A DNA stretch of 45,161 nucleotides from Catajapyx aquilonaris (lineage: Eukaryota): positions 1 through 45,161 of the forward strand of contig JYFJ02003193.1 of NCBI GenBank assembly GCA_000934665.2. The letters are read 5' to 3'. Shown here piece by piece: positions 1 through 10,707 of the stretch; within the stretch, counting starts at the first letter, position 1, and each line of letters begins with the position of its first letter. A program made the translations under genes and the position numbers. The notes below the pieces were generated by a model. That model saw only the letters and a program-made list of their open reading frames with translations, had not been told where the DNA came from and did not search any database.

Positions 1-97
1 GAACTGATATCTTAAAACGGAATATGCCAAAAAAATCCAAAAAATATGGGCGAATTTATTATGTAGTTTCCAAAATGAAGGCTAGTTCCCCATTATG
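1..97 (+). repeat. Fragment of a dispersed repeat, identical to 9701-9797
   Basis: 97-bp exact match (gaactgatatcttaaaacgg...ccccattatg) to 9701-9797. Confidence 0.9.
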
Positions 98-480
98 TAG
101 GTATGTATTGTGTGTTACTTGTGTATGTTGGGAAGAGTACCCTTCTTGAGGACTGGGGCGAGATTGTGGGACAGATGGAGGGGAGTATATAGAAAGGGGG
201 GTGACAACAACCCAGAAATATCAGTAGTTTCCTGCAGGTTTAAAGCTCAGGAGATAGTACCAAATGAAAGTCAATGTTAGAATGTGTTTGGATCATTTTG
301 AGCTGGCATTTTAGATAATAAGAGCAACTTGCAGTGACTAGTGGAATTATCATTATTATTATTTGCCAATCCAAGGGGTGGGGGACAGCCCCCCNNNNNN
401 NCCCCCCCCCCCCCCCCCCCCCTAGTTGCCCAATATGTGAACTGCATATTTTTATGCACATTCCCACTTGAAACTTTTCT

Positions 481-800
481 ACTTACAACCAAAGTAACTC
501 TGGTCTGGATAAAGGCTATCCATTATTATAATCGCCTTCGACTTCAAAGCGTGCGTGATGACTCTTCTCCTTCGCGGCACCGGAGAGTGCTACAGACGCG
601 GTGAAAGGCGACCGGCGACTCGCGACCAGATGGAGGTGTTGTGGCTTCGGAATATCCCCTTTTGGCTGTATTTTCACCCTGCTAACGTGGAAATTAGCAG
701 CGGAGGTGATGTTTTCTCAACATTGTAGGCCAAGCAGAATTAGAAAATCCAAACATTTTCAAAATTCAGGAGGGTGAGAAGAGTTACTTTGGTTGTTAGT
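481..800. mobile_element. Small MITE-like element
   Basis: acttacaaccaaagtaactc (481-500) and gagttactttggttgttagt (781-800) are inverted repeats matching 19/20. Confidence 0.6.
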
Positions 801-2024
801 GAAACCCTCTAGAAGTGAGTTAATAGGATAACCCATTTGCATTTACTGGAGTAAGAACTGTTTGAGTGGGAGGGCGCTTGAATTGTTTCAAAACTGAATA
901 GGTCGATCACTACCCATGAGTCTTCTCTTCTGTCATCCTCTGCACTTATTACACTCGATGAAGCTGACGAATGAGGGATCTAAGTTATAATCTGAAAAGG
1001 TCAATGAATTTGTTATGCTTTCCAGCTGGGTAGCTACAGGAAGAGAAAATCTAGTGTCCTGTGGATTCTAATTTTTCTTATCTGTAGCTGTAAATGTTGT
1101 TGAAATGGCAGTTACTAGAATATAGTAATGATAAGGGACTATTGTTTACATAAATGCCTGAGTACAAACAGTACATGCAAAAAATCTTCATAGAGCAGTT
1201 ACATGATGTCAATATAATCAGCAGTATCTTTGTAGTGATTCCCTCTACAAAAAAATATTATAGGGATCCAACTTGCATAAAATTCTATCATCTTTCACTT
1301 TGTCCTGATGAAAAATTCACATACATGCAGCCATTTATGAGATAAATCTGAAAATCCAGACTGTGTGGAAAGCCTATTTTCGCTGACATTTTTCAAGATG
1401 GCGCCGGTTTCCCTAGCACTAATTGGTGTGAACCATGGTCTTATGGACCTTTTAGCCGAGACGTATTTGTTTACCTTTTTTCGCGGCGGCCATGTTGTTG
1501 GTTGGGCAGAACCAGCAATGGCGGCATGCTGTGCGGCTTATTTCTGCAACAATATCTCTAGTAAGTAAGCCACACCAGGCTTTTTTTCGGTTCCAAAGTG
1601 ATGTGAATGGGAGGGCCAGATTGTTGGCTGCCGTCAGGCGAGTGGAGAAGGTCGGGAAAAGTTGGTAACCCACCAAACATCGATGGATTTGCAGAGCTCA
1701 CACTTATTTGCACAAAGTAACCCGATTTCCCGTGTTTATTTTCCTGCTGGAAGTAGCAGTGTGACTAATTATATGTACTTCATATTTTTGTGTACATGTG
1801 GGTGAGACATTACTAGGAGCTGCAGACTTTGCACGCATAACTTCGGAGTTCACAATCATGAGCCTAATTATAATAATGTATCATGGGACTTGCAGTGTCT
1901 ACATACCCAAACTATCAACATGATTGTGATGTTTCAAGGTGAATAAATGACAGTTACATTAAATGTTCCACAGAAAAATAACCTATTACTACCGTTGGTT
2001 GGGCAGGCCAAGTCAGAAGGCGCA

Positions 2025-2080
2025 ATGGTGGTAACGTGTGCAGCTTATGGGTGCAACAATAGCTTTAAAAAAGAAGCTGC
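2025..2080 (+). pseudogene. THAP zinc-finger N-terminal stub
   Basis: MVVTCAAYGCNNSFKK matches the THAP start pattern M-x-C-x4-C-x-N. It lies inside the TIR element and is cut by a LINE insertion. Confidence 0.6.
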
Positions 2081-2091
2081 ACTGGCCACTG

Positions 2092-2457
2092 TTTTGTTTT
2101 GTTTGTTTTGTTTGTTTTGTGCTTTATTTAGTCCGTCGGCCTGCAGCTAATGCCGCTTGGCCGACCCTCCTCTTTCCTCACATGATTGCATTTACATTTA
2201 TCGACATTCTACATTCTACATTTACATTTTTTTTACATAATTCCATTTTCTCTCACTCCCTCCCCCTGTCTCTCCAAAATTGCATCCCTCCTCTTTTTCA
2301 CCACACCATACAAATACTTACACAGCGCACCCCTTTTTCTTACATTCTTTACAAAGCTATACACTTCCCCATCCTCCATCTCCTCCACCGCCGGTATCCA
2401 TTTCCTCCTCTCCTCCTTCATTACCCTACAATCCCTCACAATATGTCCCATATTCTA
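2092..2457 (-). mobile_element. 5'-truncated non-LTR retrotransposon (LINE 3' end)
   Basis: 13-bp TSD GCACTGGCCACTG (2079-2091, 2458-2470), (CAAA)n-type tail, and a minus-strand ORF starting GHIVRDC (end of a CCHC knuckle). Confidence 0.7.
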
Positions 2458-2825
2458 GCACTGGCCACTGCACACACTAATTAACCCTGGCAAACCTCAC
2501 AGACCGTCACTAACACTGCCAACTACATGAGGTGGAGCGAGCATTGCATTTACCCACGAGAGTATCGTATCGCGTATCGTATCGCTTCGCCTCTTTGCCT
2601 CTCTCGTAAGACTTTTCGCGTAGTGGGGCAGTGGTTCCAAAGGGAGGGCCATGTCGGGAGCCCCGTAGGTAGGCCACGGGCCAACCACGGGCCACAGCAG
2701 ACGCTCACAAACCCCGGCAGACCTCAAAAACCCTGCCAACAACACGGGCAGGATAGGGGTTTTACCCAACCAACAAGATGGCCGCCTTTGTTGTGATGAC
2801 ATAGCGTTAAAAGGTCCATAAAACT

Positions 2826-3172
2826 AAGGTCTGGTCACTCCCTGTTATCGCCTGCCTGGGTGTTTTTCCTGAGGTGTTCACTTGAGAGCGCCATGAGACC
2901 GCCTTTCACTGCTACATTATGTGGCGACCCTACCGGACAGCGCTGAACTTAGGTAGAAGGGAAGCCGCTACATGCGGGCCCAACATGGCCGCCGGCGACC
3001 ATGTTGGGTCCCCCAGTGTAGCGCTTCCCTTTTGTACCTATAAAGTTTAGCGCGGTCCAGTAGGGTCACCACATAATGTAACAGTGAAAGGCGGTCTCAT
3101 GGCGCTCTCAAGTGAGCACCTCACGCAAAACGCCCCATTAGGCGATAAGATAAGATTATAGGGGTAGTGCCC
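2826..3172. mobile_element. Palindromic (foldback) MITE, TAAGGTCTGGTCACTCCC family
   Basis: Near-perfect inverted symmetry centred at about 2993 (e.g. 2871-2940 vs 3050-3122). Shares its terminus and an internal arm with 10708-11261. Confidence 0.8.
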
Positions 3173-3390
3173 AGGGGTTGGTGTGAACTCTGGATGTTAT
3201 TCTGCACATTTTTTGTACATGACAGTGAAAAATTAATTTCTGTTGCAGTTTTTGGGGTTGAGCCTATTTTTTCTTTATATTTCCTGGACTAGGAACAGAG
3301 AAGCTATGACGACAGTTATGCCTGCAGCTATGGCTGTGAAAATTTTATCTCATGGAATATTGAATTTCTTCTTCTCATGGCTACTGAGTT

Positions 3391-3779
3391 TTTTTTGTTT
3401 TGTTTTGTTTTGTTTTTTTGTTTTTTTGTTTTTTTGTTTAAAATACCCCGTGCTAGGCATCAAAGGCCTCTTTGGGGGGTGGCACACCACCATCAGTTTT
3501 CTCTGTGTGTTTACACTTTTTCTTCATTCACCGGTGCAAGGAGTCAAGGATGTCGGGTAGGGGTAGGGATTTTTTGGGGAGGGAACATAGGTGCAAGTGC
3601 AATGTCTACAAATGGGTCATGTGCTGTTCCCCAGGAGGTTAGGTTGCCAGACACCTCCTTGGTGCAGGTCAGAGACCCTCCCGACGCAGGTGAAAGGAAA
3701 GTTCCCCAGGCGGGGATCGAACCTGGGGCCTTTCACTCAGCAAGCCGTGACGTTACCATCACGGCCACCACACCTCCCC
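3391..3779 (-). mobile_element. tRNA-derived SINE, family B
   Basis: Head GGGGAGGTGTGGTGGCCGTGATGG (A box) and GGTTCGATCC (B box). 14-bp TSD ATGGCTACTGAGTT (3377-3390, 3780-3793). A-rich tail. Near-identical head to 13421-13785. Confidence 0.92.
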
Positions 3780-4459
3780 ATGGCTACTGAGTTGGGAAGC
3801 ATAACAAGCTCATTGGTCTAATAAGTCCCACAATATTGGTTCATATGGTGTTCCACCCTAAAATGTTGGATTGAAGCAAAATAATACTACACAGACAGTA
3901 GCTCCAACATACTGTACATACGTACGTAAAATATTCCTCACATGGGAATAAGTTCTATGGAACAAACTGGTCATATAAAATGCCTCGAATTGCAAGAAAA
4001 CACGTTAAATGTTGGGGCATGACGACAGGGACCTGCCCACTGAGACTAATTCCCTCACACAGTAAACAGTTTACAAGTGACAGGCATATGGACCTTTTAG
4101 CTCTACATCATCAAAACAAAGGCGGCCATCTTGTTGGGGGGCAAAATGTTCGTGCCCTCTGATGTTATTGGATAGGGTTTGTGAGTTTTCCCACGATTTG
4201 TGAGGTCTGCCGGGGTCGGTGAGTGTGTGCTGCGGCCTGTGGCCGAACTGCGGGGTGGCCTGATGCCCTGCCCTGTGGCCCCACTGCCGCACTGCGCGAA
4301 AAGTCTATGTGATACGATAGATATACGATACCGGCAACATTTGTCAACTTTTCCCCTTGTTCCCCCGGACATAATACATTGGTGTTTTGCTCATCTTAAT
4401 AGGGAATTGGTCTTTTCAATGGATAGATTTTTCATTGGGTACACTAGGATAATGTTGCT

Positions 4460-5485
4460 GGGTGATTCTCCAAAAACTTACCAATACCATGTCCTGGCAC
4501 TCAAAAATGGCTTGCCTGAGAGAGTTGATTTTTTTAACATTTGTAGAAGCAGTTCACACCTAGCCATCCCCATGAAAACAAAGAAAAATATTAAATTAAG
4601 TTTTACTGCAGAAAAATGTCTAAGGGCCTAAAATAACTATTCTTGGCATGTCCCGATCTCATTTTAAAGCATGCTATATTTTCTTACAATTTTTCCATTA
4701 AAATTAGGCAAGTTTCGATACTATAATTAAATTGTACATAGTTGAAGGTATAAAACAACATTTTTAAAACGATTTATTCATTTGACATGACCTTGCTGCA
4801 TCACTCCAAAGTGTGTCCCGAGTTTTCCCGGAAATAAAAAGTTCACACTCCTGGCTCATTTTTCTATGACTCTATGTCACAAAATAGCTTAAATGTTTTG
4901 AAATAACTGTGATTCCATGGCATGAAGGGTCTTCATGAACCCACAGAAATTTCCAGAGTCAACGTTTGTTCTGGACCATGATATAATAATAATAATAATA
5001 ATGGATACCCTGTGATAGGCCCCTTGGGCCTCTTAGGGGATCATCTTTTGAATACCCGACTTTAATAATTTGCCTGTAATGTGATGGATTTTGATAGTGG
5101 GAGGAAACGGGAGAACCCCGAGAAAACCCACGCGAACACGGAGAGAACCCATCGAAACTCTATCCACATAAGTATCCTCCGTCCGACCCGGGGATCGAAC
5201 TCGGGACCTTAGAGGTGGAAGGCTGCGGCGCTAACGACTCGGCCACCGTGTCGCCCTGGACCATGATATTAATCCTCATGCTTCCAAAGGTCATTCTTCT
5301 GGCTCCCGAACTCCTGGAAATAATATTCACTCTCCTGGCATTAGAATATCAGAGTTACTTCCCCATATTTTTCCCTGATTTGTGACCTCATATAGAGTAA
5401 GTGAGAATTTTTCCAGATTTTTTAAACAAGTTTTGAAATTCATTAATTCTTGCTTTGAAAATGGTAAGTTTTTGGAGAGTCACCC
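4460..5485. mobile_element. TIR MITE (about 740 bp without the nested SINE), copy 1
   Basis: TIRs GGGTGATTCTCCAAAAACTTACCA (4460) and TGGTAAGTTTTTGGAGAGTCACCC (ending 5485). Confidence 0.85.
4985..5256 (-). mobile_element. tRNA-derived SINE, family A (V-domain-like core)
   Basis: Head GGGCGACACGGTGGCCGAGTCGTTAG...GAGTTCGATCCC, (TAT)n tail, TSD CTGGACCATGATAT (4971-4984, 5256-5269). The empty site is visible in the MITE copy at about 5905-5920. Confidence 0.92.
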
Positions 5486-5690
5486 ATATATATTTTTATT
5501 ATTTATTTAATTTACCCTGTTATGTCCCGATTAGGGACTTTGAGGGGAACTCAACTCTCCAAACTTCTCAACATCTGACATAAATAAATACATAGAAGGT
5601 TACCCTCGTCACAGTTCCTAACAAACAAAAGACAAAAAATAAAAACAAAACCAAGCACATGATCCCAGCCTCAACCAATATTGCATAGCA

Positions 5691-6373
5691 GGGTGACTCT
5701 TCAAAAACTTACCATTTTCAAAGCAGGAATTAATGAATTTCCAAACTTGTTTTTAAAATCTGGAAAAATTCTCACTTACTCTGTATGAGGTCACAAATCA
5801 GGGAAAAATATGGGGAACTAACTCTGATATTCTAATGCCAGGAGAGTGAATATTATTTCCAGGAGTTTGGGAGCCAGAAGAATGACCTATGCATGCAATA
5901 GGATTAATATCAAGGTCCAGAACAAATGTTGTCTACGGAAATTTCTGTGGGTTCATGACATGGAATCACAGTTATTTCAAAACATTATTTTAAGCTATTA
6001 TGTGACATAGAAAAATGAGCCAGGAGTGTGAACTTTTTATTTCCTGGAAAACTCGGGACACACTTTGGAGTGATGCAGCACGGTCATGTCAAATGAATAA
6101 ATCGTTTTAAAAATGTTGTTTTATACCTTCAACTATGTACAATTTAATTATAGTATTGAAACTTGTCTAATGTTAATGATAAAATTGTAAGAAAATATAG
6201 CATGCTTTAAAATGAAATTGGAACATGCCAAGAATAGTGATTTTAGGCCCTTAGACATTTTTTGCAGTAAAACTTAATTTAATATTTTTCTTTGTTTTCA
6301 CGGGGATGGCTAGGTGTCAACAGCTTCTACAAATGTTTAAAAAATCAACTCTCTCAGTCAAGCCATTTTTGAG
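5691..6373. mobile_element. Second, inverted copy of the 4460-5485 MITE
   Basis: Reverse complement aligns along its whole length with 4500-4984 plus 5270-5485. Confidence 0.88.
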
Positions 6374-6767
6374 CGGGTTTAATAATACGTGTTTGTAATA
6401 CGGACCGGCCTAACAGATTACAGGCCCCCAAGAAAAGCAGTGCACCTATACACAACCACTCTCATGAATAAAAACATATGCTCAGCATTGTCTGCAATGA
6501 ACCTGTTAGCACTTTGGGTAACACATGAACTAGCTGGTACCGTTATGACATCGCCAGGACGTCACATAGTTTTTAGTTTGGAATCGTTTCGTATAACATG
6601 TATAAGCAGCAAGTCAAGCACGCACAGATTAGCATATGGGGTCTCTCATGCTCATGGGGCTCACAGGCAATTCTGTGCATTAAGGCACTCATGGTTACTT
6701 TCATTAATAGTTTTCACTTTTATAGATGCATAGAATATTACTCTGAGTTGCCCAATATTTGCATATA

Positions 6768-7144
6768 CAGGGTGTTTCTTACTAGTCCAGCATGTCGCCG
6801 TCAGCGCATTCCTTGAGCCAAAAGAAGTCGAAAATGTAGGGGGGAGAAATGTTGAGGGAGCAACCTGTAATATGACCTTGACCAGAAACATTGGTCAATG
6901 GTTGCCGAAGGAGCAGGATATCAGCATGAAAAACCCGACTGTTGGGATTTGTAAGGTCACCTCTTTCACAGAAGTGATTATCACTGCTCATATCCTGCAA
7001 CTTCGGCAACCACCGCCTAATGTTTCTGGTCGTCTACCTGGTTAACGGTTGGTCCGTCGACATTTCTCCCCTCTACATTTTCGACTTGTTTTGGCCCATG
7101 GAATACGCTGACGGCGACATGCTGGACTAGTAAGAAACACCCTG
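6768..7144. mobile_element. Tc1/mariner-type MITE
   Basis: TA|CAGGGTGTTTCTTACTAGTCCAGCATGTCGCCGTCAGCG...CACCCTG|TA, with about 85-bp TIRs and a TA TSD. Confidence 0.9.
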
Positions 7145-8109
7145 TATATGCAAGTTCATGTGTTTAAAAAATACATAAGTAATATGTTGTCATCAGTTCC
7201 CTGTTACTGGCAATACATCAGACATCTGAAAATGCAACAAAACAGTAAAAGAGGTAACCAATGCTTGTAATTAATAAGCTGTTTTATATGGAAGATTCAG
7301 TGTAACTGATCATTTATTCACCTTACATCACATGTTGACAGTTTGGATAAGTAACTTTAGGTCCATATATTGCTGTATTATTACAGGCCTACTTTGCGAC
7401 TATACTGTATTATACTCATGTGAACTCTGAAGTTATCCTTGCAAAGTCAGCAGCTCCTAGTAACTCATCACCCAAATGTGCACAAAAAATTAAATGTATA
7501 ATTAGTCACACTGCTATACTTCCACAGTTCCACCTGGGAAATAAACACAGGTTTGGGCAAAGTGTGAGGTCCACAAATCCGCTGATATTTGGTGGGTTCC
7601 CAACTTTTCCCGACCTTTCCCACTCTCCCGGCGGCCGCCAACAATCTGGCCCTCCCCTCCACATCACTTTTGAACCGAGAAAAAATAACCAGGGTGGCTT
7701 ATTTACTACAGCAAAAGTTGCACCCACAAGCCGCACAGCGTACACCCATTTCTGGCTCATGCGCCCCGGCAACATGGCCTCCGCAAAAAACATAAACAAA
7801 TGACGTCACGACTAAAAGGTCCATAGACTCTGCTTCTGGGCCTCGTCATCCAATAACAATGGTTCCTTGGCACAAATGGATGCAGGAACTGACAAAAAGT
7901 CACCAACCCATGGGAATGAGGACAGGCCATTAGTCTTCAGTGAATCACACAAAAAAAGAAGGCTGCATGTCCAAATCCAAGGGAACAGGTTCCAAGTAGA
8001 CTTGTTCATGTGGTGACAATGTGTTTATTTCCCCTCAAGGACTTTATGTAGCATTTGATTTCTTACATGCATGCGGTGTAGTTTTAATCATATTTTTATT
8101 TTATTTTAG

Positions 8110-8269
8110 ACACGGGCAGAGAGGAAGGGGGATGACCTAATAATCAATGGGGAAAAACTGTGGATAAGTAATGGTTGCCAGGCGGATTGGATTTGCCTTT
8201 TGGCCAATACTTCTAAAGGTAACCCATACCACTGCAAGTCACTGATATGTGTACCTATGAAGACCCCTG
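8110..8269 (+). CDS. Acyl-CoA dehydrogenase, internal exon A (first exon visible in window)
   Basis: ttttag|ACA...CCTG|gtaag. Translates TRAERKGDDLIINGEKLWISNGCQADWICLLANTSKGNPYHCKSLICVPMKTPG, the ACAD middle-domain NGxKxWIxNG motif. 160 nt, phase matches next exon. Confidence 0.95.
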
Positions 8270-8328
8270 GTAAGTAAGGTGTCACAGCAGTGTACCAATA
8301 GTATTGTTGAAATTGTTGTAAATTTCAG

Positions 8329-8468
8329 GAGTGAAAATGGCCCGAAAGATTGACAAAATTGGGATGAAAAGTTCTGACACAGCTCATCTGTTCTTTGAAG
8401 ATGTACGTGTGCCAGCATCAAATATCATTGGAGAAGAAGGACAAGGATTTGTGTATCAGATGATGCAG
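8329..8468 (+). CDS. Acyl-CoA dehydrogenase, internal exon B
   Basis: tttcag|GA...CAG|gtattg after a 59-nt intron. Translates GVKMARKIDKIGMKSSDTAHLFFEDVRVPASNIIGEEGQGFVYQMMQ (KxG...T..L.FEDVRVP motif). Confidence 0.95.
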
Positions 8469-9239
8469 GTATTGTTGTGAACAACTGTGATACAGATTAA
8501 GATTTTGCAAGTGTGCTGTATTACCACAAAAATAGTGCAACATAATGTCCATTAGTCTGTCATGTACCTTAAGGATAAGTGCATGGGCACTGCATGGTGG
8601 GACAAATGTGAATTCTTGGTCAAAATCAACAACTATTATAGCTGTACTAGGTAACATTTTCCAAGCATCCCATAATTATAGGGAACAGCCATTTTCTCGC
8701 AAACAAGCATTCAGAAAAAGGTTTTATCGTGATTTTTGTGTTTTGGGCACTAACTTAATATGAACTAATAGAAACAAAAAAAAAATCAAAAATTCAACAA
8801 AAACTTTTCCCAGCATATCTGGGTTAAATCAATTGGTGAAGGTCTTACATGCGCCTGCCTTGTTTCAGTGCTTTTATTCCACCACGGAGGTCTTACTACC
8901 CTTTTTTTACTGAAGGGAAAGTTTTTCCTCTTATTTAAAATAATAAAGGTTTGTGCGATATATTGGTACCCCAATTGGGTGAAAGCACCACCCAGTGCTT
9001 ATCATGATGATGATGATGATGATGACAATGACTGCTAATTTCATGCAACTGTCTGCCATCTTCACTTGCCAACATTTTTCCAGATTTGAACTCAAAAAGT
9101 AACTCAATATGTAGGTTTAGGCTTAATGGGGAACTAGCCTTGGTCTGGGATTTGGGATTTTTGTTCATAACTAGCTAGCCCATGCCTGTAAACATACATT
9201 CCATCACTCTGTTGCATCAAAATGACATTACTGGATAAA

Positions 9240-9840
9240 TTACGACACATTTAAAAGTGCCTTCAAAATTGGCGGGAAAAACGCGGAGGCCAATCGAAAG
9301 GGTACACCGAAATGCCTGGTTGACTGCGAGATATGAGGAATTTGACTTTGAATTAACCGCGGACGCGACGGAAAGCATTCGCAAGGCGGCTGTAGGCCAT
9401 CGAGGTGGAGAAAAGGGGCCTTCATGTGCCGAATTCGGGTGACAGATAATTCCTACCAGTTGGCACCACTGTCAGCACAGGAGCGGCTTGAGCGACCTGG
9501 AATAAATACGCTCCCCGGCCGCTATCTTGCTCACGGAATGGGACGGTTGCTAACCACAGCGAAGCATTTTACAACAATGACGGGGCGCGTTCTATAACAC
9601 CATTTTTGCGTTCATTTCACTTCGCGTGACGTCAACATTTTCTAGGGAAACAGTGACGTCACCATTTCCCTACACAAAAGCCCCAATTACTCCGGAACGG
9701 GAACTGATATCTTAAAACGGAATATGCCAAAAAAATCCAAAAAATATGGGCGAATTTATTATGTAGTTTCCAAAATGAAGGCTAGTTCCCCATTATGAAA
9801 ATTTTCATGTGTTTTCCATCACTGATCTCCCACCTTGATA
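9240..9840. repeat. Dispersed CpG-rich repeat, probable DNA-transposon end (boundaries approximate)
   Basis: Contains the 97-bp block duplicated at 1-97. CpG-rich relative to the AT-rich intron around it. Confidence 0.5.
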
Positions 9841-10011
9841 CAGTATTTTAATATATTCTGCCAGATATGAAACCAGCTACTTCAATGATCCCATAATACC
9901 AATTTTCATGTCAATCCAGTACAAAACAAGTCTTGACCAGAAATTTTATCTACATTATTTCTCCCACTCTGCACTGACAGGTGAGGGCAAATGAGTATTT
10001 TTAAACATTCC

Positions 10012-10016
<5 letters not shown>

Positions 10017-10069
<53 letters not shown>

Positions 10070-10526
10070 GGTTGGGTAATGCTTTCACCCATCAGGGTTT
10101 ATCGCATGGACCTTTATTATTAGCTGTTGGTGTATACATAGTACCTGCTGTCCAACAAGAATTGTCGCAGCGGCAGCGCACGAACTACAGTCTCTCGTGT
10201 CCCTGTGCTCGTAGATTGTAGTTCGTGCGCTGCCGCTGCGACAATTCTTGTTGGACTGATAGTACATGGTACCTATTTAGCGTATCGCCCGGGCCCACGG
10301 GCAGGATGACAGGAGGGGATGTGCAAGGTGCAGTGCGTCTGATGCTGTGGTCATTTTTAGTGAACTCCCCCGGGTGGTTTAGTCTATAGGAAATACCACC
10401 CGAGACGAAGCCAGAGGTGACCCTGAACTCTGCACGAGATGAAGGGGGTGTCCCGGGGCTGGGATCGAACCCGGGACCTTAACATCCGTGGGTGCGTGCG
10501 TTACCGGAGCACCACTCCGCCTCCCC
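10017..10526 (-). mobile_element. tRNA-derived SINE, family C, with (ATT)n tail
   Basis: Head GGGGAGGCGGAGTGGTGCTCCGGTAACG...GGTTCGATCCC. 16-bp TSD TTAAACATTCCAATAA (10001-10016, 10527-10542). Homologous to 16982-17368. Confidence 0.9.
10150..10256. repeat. Perfect 40-bp inverted repeat (mini-MITE) inside the SINE
   Basis: gtccaacaagaattgtcgcagcggcagcgcacgaactaca (10150-10189) with its exact reverse complement at 10217-10256. Confidence 0.9.
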
Positions 10527-10606
10527 TTAAACATTCCAATAAGGAAATGTTATTTTTGTTGTGTTGCAGTTGCATGGTTTTGTTTGGTTAAAGACTGCAA
10601 GTAGAG

Positions 10607-10609
<3 letters not shown>

Positions 10610-10661
<52 letters not shown>
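10610..10661. repeat. (GA)n microsatellite
   Basis: Direct reading. Confidence 0.95.
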
Positions 10662-10666
<5 letters not shown>

Positions 10667-10707
10667 GGAGAAGCTTCATGGTTTATACTGCTGAAGATCT
10701 TGATCAT

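Larger units (their letters stand above)
1442..2820 (+). mobile_element. Non-autonomous ISL2EU/PIF-Harbinger-like DNA transposon, copy 1
   Basis: Termini TATGGACCTTTT...AAAAGGTCCATA, subterminal GCGGCCATSTTG motifs, internal THAP stub. Both arms are homologous to copy 2 at 4087-7825. Confidence 0.7.
4087..7825 (-). mobile_element. ISL2EU/Harbinger-like element, copy 2 (opposite orientation) hosting nested insertions
   Basis: Termini TATGGACCTTTTAG...CTAAAAGGTCCATA. 4087-4330 is homologous to the reverse complement of 2560-2820, and 7420-7825 to the reverse complement of 1442-1860. Confidence 0.7.

Noticed and set aside
391..422. Poly-C/G runs as G-quadruplex elements (also about 19631, 29205, 40254)
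   Set aside because: Each coincides with N gaps, so length and context are unreliable.
1300..1365. CTGATGA...GAAA as a hammerhead ribozyme core
   Set aside because: No flanking stems I-III could be formed.
3249..3375. Possible upstream ACAD exon after tgttgcag
   Set aside because: The translation shows no ACAD motif (expected ...SEPGAGSD...) and there is no good donor site.
3700..3779. tRNA-like sequences with A and B boxes (also about 5190-5256, 10455-10526, 11165-11238, 13421-13500, 38625-38700)
   Set aside because: They continue into shared repeat bodies with tails and TSDs and lack a proper acceptor stem, so they are SINE heads rather than tRNA genes.
9906..10221. Poly-Asn and poly-Leu ORFs (also 35835-36131)
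   Set aside because: Translations of (AAT)n microsatellites or SINE tails.
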